Shown here piece after piece: positions 58,164 to 64,000 of a DNA stretch of 64,000 nucleotides. The position numbers and the translations under genes were made by a program. How positions within the stretch are numbered: the stretch's first letter is position 1; the number at the start of each line of letters is the position of its first letter. The notes beneath the pieces are model-generated. The model was not told the DNA's origin. It saw only the letters and a program-made list of their open reading frames with translations, and searched no databases. This DNA comes from an uncultured Rickettsiales bacterium (GTDB lineage Bacteria > Myxococcota_A > UBA796 > UBA9615 > CAYRNR01), in contig CAYTBN010000029.1 in the NCBI GenBank assembly GCA_964436045.1, positions 22,714 through 86,713 of the forward strand, given 5' to 3'.

Positions 58164-58909
58164 GGGGGGCAGCATACCCCGTCCCTGCGGCGGTCTGGAG
58201 AAGGGGCCAGGTAGATCACGTCCCCGGGCTCCCCCAGTTTGCGGCCGATGGCGGTGGTATCTACCGCCTCCAGTTCGTCGAAGACGCGCGCGAGGGTCGC
58301 GCGGAAGCGCTCGTTGGGGCCGGGACTCCAGACCGCCATCACGCCGCCGGGCCGCAGGGCAGCGAGGCAGTCGCGGACACCGTCCTCCTCGTACAGCGCC
58401 GCGTTGCCCTCGGCCGCCAGCCAGCCCGGACCGTTGTCCACGTCCAGCAGCAGCAGGTCGAACGCCCGGGGAGAGGAGCGCAGCAGGTCGTGCAGGTCCG
58501 CGACGCGGACGTCGACCCGCGGATCGTCCACGCCGCCGCCGTTGACGTCGGCGAAGTAGCGGCGATTCCACTCGACCATCCGGGCGCCGATCTCGGCCAC
58601 CACCACCCCGGCCACGCCGGGTAGATCGAGGGCGGCGCGCAGTGTGTGGCCGGCGCCGAGGCCGCCCACCAGCACCTGCAGCTCCGTCGCCGGTCCGCGA
58701 AGGCGCTCCAGGGCCATCTCGGCCATCGCCCGTTCGCTGTGGGCGCCGTGGGTCGCCATCAGGAAGTTGCCCCCCAGGCGGATCTCGTAGCCCACCTCGC
58801 CGGTCTCGGCGGTGTAGCGACGCAGGGTCAGCTCGCCCAGCGCGGTGTCGTCGCGGTCGACGTCCGCGTAGGTCAGCTTCACGGTCCCGATTCCGGATGG
58901 GAAGCCCAT
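58160..58909 (-). CDS. spermidine-synthase-like (polyamine aminopropyltransferase fold) protein
   Basis: LVVGGGLGAGHTLRAAL, LLLLDVDNGPGW and Rossmann-like MTase motifs. Start uncertain (ATG at 58909 or 58963). Confidence 0.6.
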   Translation of the reverse strand: MGFPSGIGTVKLTYADVDRDDTALGELTLRRYTAETGEVGYEIRLGGNFLMATHGAHSERAMAEMALERLRGPATELQVLVGGLGAGHTLRAALDLPGVAGVVVAEIGARMVEWNRRYFADVNGGGVDDPRVDVRVADLHDLLRSSPRAFDLLLLDVDNGPGWLAAEGNAALYEEDGVRDCLAALRPGGVMAVWSPGPNERFRATLARVFDELEAVDTTAIGRKLGEPGDVIYLAPSPDRRRDGVCCPP

Positions 58910-59038
58910 CCCGCCCTCCCACAACGTCCGCACGGTTGCGGCTCGCGCCGGGTAGGATAACAAGCGCTGCGTCAGGTATCAGGCGTCAGGCTTCGGGCGT
59001 CGGGCGAGAGGCCGGAGTCACACCGCCGGAGGTGCGGA

Positions 59039-59653
59039 ATGGAAATCGGAATCGGCATGCCCGTGTCCACGGGGATCGAGCTGGAGGGGCGGCTGGCGAT
59101 CGGGGAACGTCCGGAGGTGGCGATCATCGCCCATCCCCACCCGGAGTACGGCGGCTCGATGGACAACAACGTGGTGTTGGCCGCCCGGGAGGTGGCCGGC
59201 GCCCTCGGCATGTCGACCCTGCGCTTCAACTTCCGCGGGGTGGGTGCCAGCAGCGGTCGGTACGACGACGGCATCGGCGAGGTGGACGACATGCTCGTCG
59301 CGGTGGAGACCGCCCGGCGGCGCGCCGCCAACGACTCCCGCGTCCATCTGGTGGCGTACTCCTTCGGCGCCTGGATCGCCGCGAAGACGGTGACCCGGGG
59401 ACTGCGGGTGGACACCGCGACGCTGATCTCCCCGCCGGTGGACTTCCTGGCCTTCGGGGAGCTGGGGCTCCCCGACTGCCCCTGCCAGGTGATCACGGGC
59501 GCTAAGGATGAGTACGGCTCACCCGCCTCGGTGAACGCCTGGCTGGATCGCCTGCCGGGGGCGCCGAAGCTCCAGATCGTGCCGGGCGCCGATCACTTCT
59601 ATTTCGGCATGGAGGCGTCGCTGGTCGCGCTGCTCGGCGGCTTCCTGTCCTGA
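59039..59653 (+). CDS. alpha/beta-hydrolase-fold protein (COG2945-like)
   Basis: ATG with GGAGGTG RBS. HPHPEYGGSMDNNVV..LRFNFRGVG..AYSFGAW nucleophile-elbow-like motif. Confidence 0.75.
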   Translation: MEIGIGMPVSTGIELEGRLAIGERPEVAIIAHPHPEYGGSMDNNVVLAAREVAGALGMSTLRFNFRGVGASSGRYDDGIGEVDDMLVAVETARRRAANDSRVHLVAYSFGAWIAAKTVTRGLRVDTATLISPPVDFLAFGELGLPDCPCQVITGAKDEYGSPASVNAWLDRLPGAPKLQIVPGADHFYFGMEASLVALLGGFLS

Positions 59654-59680
59654 GATGCTGTGATTCTATCCCGCTCCCGT

Positions 59681-59788
59681 CGCAGAAGCACCGCTCTCGG
59701 GCCAGCTGCTGCGTTGCAACTCCTCGACAATACACGAGTATTGACTCGTCGTTGCGCCTTGCCTCTGGCCCGATATCGGCACTTCTGC
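59681..59788. other. structured intergenic element: long imperfect inverted repeat (two roughly 24-nt arms) enclosing smaller palindromes
   Basis: Arm 59681..59705 cgcagaagcaccgctctcgggccag versus arm 59765..59788 ctggcccgatatcggcacttctgc. Inner palindromes gttgcaac and caatac..gtattg. Lower local GC. Lies between convergent genes. Confidence 0.5.
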
Positions 59789-59805
59789 TCGGTCCGGGGA
59801 TAAAA

Positions 59806-61038
59806 TCACAACCTCTGAGACGCATCGGCGAGGGGCTGGAAGGCCATCTCATCGCCGGGGTCGAACGCCGTCTCCATCCACTGGCCCGGATCGACCGCCG
59901 TGCCCGCGACGACCATCCCCCAGTGCAGGTGAGAGCCTGTGCTCTGGCCGGTGGATCCCATCTTGCCGACCACCTGCCCCGCCTCCACCCGTTGCCCGAC
60001 CTCCACGTCGATGGCGCTGAGGTGGTTGTAGCTGGTGCTGACTCCCTGGCCGTGGCTGACGATCACCGCGTTGCCGTAGATGTGCAGCTCCTCGGCCAGG
60101 GTGACCTCGCCGGGGGCCGCCGCGTGGATCGGCGTTCCGACGGGGTTGGCGATGTCGAGGCCCAGATGGTGGCTGCGGACTCCGGAGCTGTACTCCCGGT
60201 AGCGTCCGAAAGGCGAGGTCACCCTGCCGGTCGCCGGTCGCAGGAACAGCGCAGCCCACCGCTGATCCCCCTCCGCTCTGCCGTACGCCTCCCGTCGCTT
60301 GCGGTTCGCCTCGTCGGCCTTGCTGCGGTCCTTCTGTGCCTTCTGCTGGGCCGGATTCAGGTTCACGTAGCCGCCCAGGGGGAACTCCACGTCCACGACC
60401 ACCAGCGGGAATTCCCGTTCGGTCTTGTTGCCGGCCCGGTCGACGGCGGAGAGGGTGACCAGGTGTGCGCCCGCCTCGCGCTTCACACTGACTCCGACCA
60501 GCGCCCGGTACAGGGAGCCGTCGCCCACCGGGTGGAGCACCACATCCCGCTCCAGCAGCGAGGCCGTCACCCCGGTCAGCTCCTCGTCGGCGCGGACGAA
60601 CAGGGCCAGCGTGTTGCCCTGGCGGGCGGTGCGCGAGCGCTGCGCCAGCGCCAGCTCCGGGGCCGTGTTGTCGCTGACGAAGGTCAGGGTCTGCTCGGTC
60701 AGGTTGCGGCGCCACGAGCGGTCGCGGGCCACCACTTGCAGCTCGTGGGGTCCGTCCGGCAGGCGGCCGGTGTCGAGGGAATCTCCCGCCACGGCCGACC
60801 CATCCACGCGGACCTGGACGGCGCCCACGCCGGGGCGTTCGTCGTGGACCTCGAGGGCCAGCGCCAGTTCGCCGGCCACCGTCGCCGACAGGTCGACTCC
60901 CTGCCAGCGCAGGACAGGTGGAGTGCCGTCGAAGCGGCCGGCGAACGCGGCGGTCGCCAGGGCGGTGGCGGCGAGCAGCAGGAGCAGGACGAGTGCACCA
61001 AGGCGCGTGGGCGAGCGACGGTTCGGCGTGGCGGACAT
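59806..61038 (-). CDS. M23-family metallopeptidase (LytM domain), secreted
   Basis: HLGLDIA..G.PI.A..G....GN.V...H..G..T.Y.HL and GSTG.STG.HLHW motifs. N-terminal signal/TM. Confidence 0.85.
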   Translation of the reverse strand: MSATPNRRSPTRLGALVLLLLLAATALATAAFAGRFDGTPPVLRWQGVDLSATVAGELALALEVHDERPGVGAVQVRVDGSAVAGDSLDTGRLPDGPHELQVVARDRSWRRNLTEQTLTFVSDNTAPELALAQRSRTARQGNTLALFVRADEELTGVTASLLERDVVLHPVGDGSLYRALVGVSVKREAGAHLVTLSAVDRAGNKTEREFPLVVVDVEFPLGGYVNLNPAQQKAQKDRSKADEANRKRREAYGRAEGDQRWAALFLRPATGRVTSPFGRYREYSSGVRSHHLGLDIANPVGTPIHAAAPGEVTLAEELHIYGNAVIVSHGQGVSTSYNHLSAIDVEVGQRVEAGQVVGKMGSTGQSTGSHLHWGMVVAGTAVDPGQWMETAFDPGDEMAFQPLADASQRL

Positions 61039-61071
61039 GGCGCGAGTCTACCGGATCGCGCCGCTCCCGAG

Positions 61072-62103
61072 TCACCTGCGGCGGCGCACGACCAGGACCG
61101 CGGGTGCCAGCAAGAGCATCAGCGCCGCGGTCGCCGCTCCGTCGGGTCCGGCGCCGATGGCACAGGCGGCGGGCTCGCAATCCGCGGGGGTGAGCTCGAC
61201 GGTGGTGCTGAGCCCCGCCACCGTCGCGGTCACCGGCACGGTCCCCGAGGGCTGCAGCGCGATGAGCACCGTGTCCGCGTCCGGCATCGCGGTCGTCCCC
61301 TCTGGCACGCTCCAGCTGACCTGCTGGCCGAGCACCGGGAGGCCGTCGGCGGTGGTCGGCTCGGCGACCACCGTCGCCTCGTCGACCCCGCAGAGCTGGT
61401 GGACCGCCAGCTGGAGCTGGTTGATGGACGACGCGTAGACCGTGCTGACCCGGTAGTTGGCCGCGCCATCGCCCGCCGCGGTCGTGATCGTCACCGTCGC
61501 CTCACCCGGGGCATGCGGCGTGAACTTGAGCACGTCGCCTCCGGCATCGACCTCCAGCGATGGGTCGTCGGCCTCGGCAGCCACCACGTCCCAGTGGTTG
61601 AGGACGTCGCCGTCGCCGCCGGAGAGCTCCGTCCGCGCCGCCATCACCGAACCCAGGGCCACCGCGAAGGCATCCGGCACCGTCCGCTCGCCCGCGAGCC
61701 GGAGGTCGACGGAATCCGCCTCGCGGACCTCCAGGTCGAGCCCGTCGAGCCAGACCTGTTGCTCCCGATCCACCAGGTTGACCGTGGCCAGCCCGGGCCG
61801 TCCGGCGACGAAGCTCGCCCAGGCGTGGCTGGCGTCGTCCCCCGCGGTCGGGACCAGCACCGCTTCGTCGCTGCTGTGGAGTTCTGCGGGCAGGGAGTTA
61901 CCGTCCTCACCCACCGCCGATGCGGTCACCGTGAAAGTGCTGCCGGACGCGATCGCCGCGTCCGGATCCCAGCCGTCCCCGGGCAACTGTCCCCCGCCGA
62001 GCTGGAAGGTGCTCTCCTCGAACTGGCCGCCGGAAGGGCAGCCCAGGACCAGGCAGCTGACCGCCATGGCCAGCAGCGTGCCCGTCGATCGTCGCCAGTG
62101 CAT
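61072..62103 (-). CDS. lipoprotein with MYXO-CTERM-like tail
   Basis: ATG at 62103. Lipobox LVLGC. C-terminal CEPAACAIGAGPDG..ALMLLLAPAVLVVRRRR. Confidence 0.7.
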   Translation of the reverse strand: MHWRRSTGTLLAMAVSCLVLGCPSGGQFEESTFQLGGGQLPGDGWDPDAAIASGSTFTVTASAVGEDGNSLPAELHSSDEAVLVPTAGDDASHAWASFVAGRPGLATVNLVDREQQVWLDGLDLEVREADSVDLRLAGERTVPDAFAVALGSVMAARTELSGGDGDVLNHWDVVAAEADDPSLEVDAGGDVLKFTPHAPGEATVTITTAAGDGAANYRVSTVYASSINQLQLAVHQLCGVDEATVVAEPTTADGLPVLGQQVSWSVPEGTTAMPDADTVLIALQPSGTVPVTATVAGLSTTVELTPADCEPAACAIGAGPDGAATAALMLLLAPAVLVVRRRR

Positions 62104-62206
62104 ATCGTCCTCCGGTGCTCCATTGCGCAATGGAAGGACGCAGCAAGGGATGTGCCAGGGACGGGGGTCCGCCACCGGTCGGGCTCCGGTTTACCCGCCT
62201 TTCAGG

Positions 62207-63454
62207 TCAGGTCAGGGCGGCGGCCAGGCGGCGGCACCCCTCGGCGATCTGGGCCTCGTCGGCGAAGGTGAAGCACAGGCGGGCGTGCTGGCCCCCCCCC
62301 TCGATCTCGCCGACCTGCTCCTCGCGGGCTGGATAGAACGCGTTGCCGGGGAGGAACGCGACCCCCCGATCGACGGCAGCCTGGAACAGCTCGTCGCTGT
62401 CCTGTCCAGGCAAGGTCAGCCAGAAGAAGAACCCGCCCTCGGGCTCGTGCCAGCGCACGCGACCGGCGGGCAGGGTCGCGACCAGCTCCCGCTGCATGGT
62501 GTCGCGCTTGTTCCGGTAGTGATCGACGATCCGGGTCAGGTGGCGCTCCAGGTGCCCGCGGCGGCAGTACTCCGCCACCACCGCCTGGGTGGCAGTCGGG
62601 GTGCACAGATCCTCGCCCTGGCGTAACAGCACCATGGCGCGGATCAGGTCCGGAGCGCCGACGGCCCAGGCGACGCGGATCCCCGGTGCCAGCACCTTGG
62701 AGAACGAGGACGCGTACAGCACGTGGGCCGCCCCGTCGGCCAGCCGGGCGATGGGGGGGATCGGCTCGCCGCGATAGCGAAGGCAGCCGTAGGGATCGTC
62801 CTCGAACAGGGGGATTCCCAGCTCGCCGGTCAGCTCGAGAAGCCGCCGTCGCCGTGGCTCCGAGAGACAGGCACCGGTCGGGTTGGCGAAATCCGGGATC
62901 GTGTACACCAGCTTGGGGCGGGCTCCCGTCTCGGCCTCCACCCGGGCCACCACCTCCGGCAGCCGCTCCACCTGCATCCCGTCGCCGTCGCACGGCACGC
63001 AGGCGAAGCGGGCGCCCACGTTTCGCAGGGCGTGCAGGGTGCCGGGGTAGGTTGGGGCCTCGACGACCACCACGTCGCCGGGGTCGATGAGCGCCCGACC
63101 CAGCAGATCCGCGGCCTGCTGGGAGCCGGTGGTCACCAGCAACTGGTCCGGTGGGATCTCACGGCCCAGGTGATCGGTCATCCAGGGGCGCAGCACGTCC
63201 AGCAGCGGTCCGTACCCCTCGCTTGCCCCGTACTGCAGCGCCGCGCGGCCCTCGGTCCCCAGCACCTCGGCGCTGGCGGCAAACTCGTCCACGGGGAAGA
63301 TCGCCGGGTCGGGCAGCCCGCCGGCGAACGAGATCATCCCCGGTCGCTGGATCAGCTTGAACAGCTCGCGGATCGGCGAGGGGCGCATGCGCCTCGCGAT
63401 GGCGGACAGGGGAAATTCGAAGGTCATCGGCGGCTCCCGCGGGTCGATTGTCAA
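62207..63454 (-). CDS. PLP-dependent aminotransferase, class I/II (MocR/LysN-like)
   Basis: SFSKVLAPGIRVAW (PLP Lys). N.TG motif (FANPTG). Overall fold-type I signature. Confidence 0.85.
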   Translation of the reverse strand: MTIDPREPPMTFEFPLSAIARRMRPSPIRELFKLIQRPGMISFAGGLPDPAIFPVDEFAASAEVLGTEGRAALQYGASEGYGPLLDVLRPWMTDHLGREIPPDQLLVTTGSQQAADLLGRALIDPGDVVVVEAPTYPGTLHALRNVGARFACVPCDGDGMQVERLPEVVARVEAETGARPKLVYTIPDFANPTGACLSEPRRRRLLELTGELGIPLFEDDPYGCLRYRGEPIPPIARLADGAAHVLYASSFSKVLAPGIRVAWAVGAPDLIRAMVLLRQGEDLCTPTATQAVVAEYCRRGHLERHLTRIVDHYRNKRDTMQRELVATLPAGRVRWHEPEGGFFFWLTLPGQDSDELFQAAVDRGVAFLPGNAFYPAREEQVGEIEGGGQHARLCFTFADEAQIAEGCRRLAAALT

Positions 63455-63584
63455 GGGATTGTAATCTCAACCGCGATTGGGGATAGAATTCGCAGTTGCG
63501 GACATGCCTTTTGCCCGGAGGGAGGTCCCGAGCCGGCCGCCGCGACGGCGCCACTGGCCACCGGCCACCGAGGGGAGCCGAACC

Positions 63585-64000
63585 ATGCATCGAATCGTCC
63601 GTACCGTCCTGTCCATCGCGCCGCGGACCGCGCTCGTACTGGCCCTGGTGGGGGCCACGACAGCCAGCGCCGACACGCTCCAGGTCTCACAGTGGGGCCT
63701 CGGCTACCCGACGATCAACGACGCCATCGACGACGCGTTGGACGGGGACACCATCGCGGTCGAGATCGGGATCTACAACGAGGACGTCGACTTCGACGGC
63801 AAGAACCTCACGGTGATCTCGGTGTCCGGTCCCGAGGTGACCACGATCCTCGGCAACTCGATGGCGGTGCGGATCGACAGCGGCGAGAACCCGGACGCGG
63901 TCCTCGACGGGTTCACCATCAGCAGCTACGGCAGCTACGGGCTGTACGTCAACGCCGCCTCGCCGACGGTGCAGTACTGCACCGTCGCGGACGTCTCGGG
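63585..64000 (+). CDS. secreted parallel beta-helix protein, partial (5' end only)
   Basis: ATG with GAGGGGAG RBS. Signal peptide. GDTI.V..G.Y and SSYGSYGLYVNAASPTVQY beta-helix repeat starts. Runs off the window end. Confidence 0.6.
   Translation, partial: MHRIVRTVLSIAPRTALVLALVGATTASADTLQVSQWGLGYPTINDAIDDALDGDTIAVEIGIYNEDVDFDGKNLTVISVSGPEVTTILGNSMAVRIDSGENPDAVLDGFTISSYGSYGLYVNAASPTVQYCTVADVS

Overview
The window is a 64 kb, very high-GC (about 70%) bacterial chromosomal segment carrying about 50 protein-coding genes. I found no rRNA, tRNA, CRISPR array, transposase or integrase.

A Myxococcota-like origin is an inference from gene content. Three secreted proteins end in MYXO-CTERM-type tails (a Cys/Gly region, a hydrophobic helix, then an Arg cluster). 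There are many lipoproteins with long poly-Asp linkers encoded by (GAC)n tracts. There is a eukaryotic-like Ser/Thr kinase partnered with an FHA-domain protein.

Confidently recognisable genes include a 2039-aa bacterial alpha-2-macroglobulin with a CxEQ-type motif, glgB, pgeF/YfiH, arsC, an M23 peptidase, two PLP aminotransferases, a nitroreductase, an EamA transporter, a radical SAM/SPASM enzyme, a GGDEF cyclase, an ankyrin-repeat protein, and two tandem pairs of paralogous lipoproteins (D-rich and beta-helix).

Most other long ORFs in the track are antisense or alternative-frame artefacts typical of high-GC DNA, and I rejected them. The track also displays GTG/TTG starts as M.

The most noteworthy observations are:
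- an FHA-domain gene and a GGDEF gene in the same frame, separated only by one TAG;
- a second in-frame TAG inside an ET-coding hexanucleotide repeat;
- a radical SAM/SPASM gene embedded among Cys/Asp-rich secreted proteins, a possible crosslinking system;
- a roughly 29-nt perfect-palindrome element present three times;
- an orphan FlgC-like gene;
- a decayed patch with a truncated acyl-CoA ligase and a serpin-like segment;
- a long FHA / kinase / lipoprotein / glgB co-directional cluster;
- two structured low-GC intergenic elements.

Coordinates of internal start codons were derived arithmetically from the ORF track, and some starts remain uncertain.
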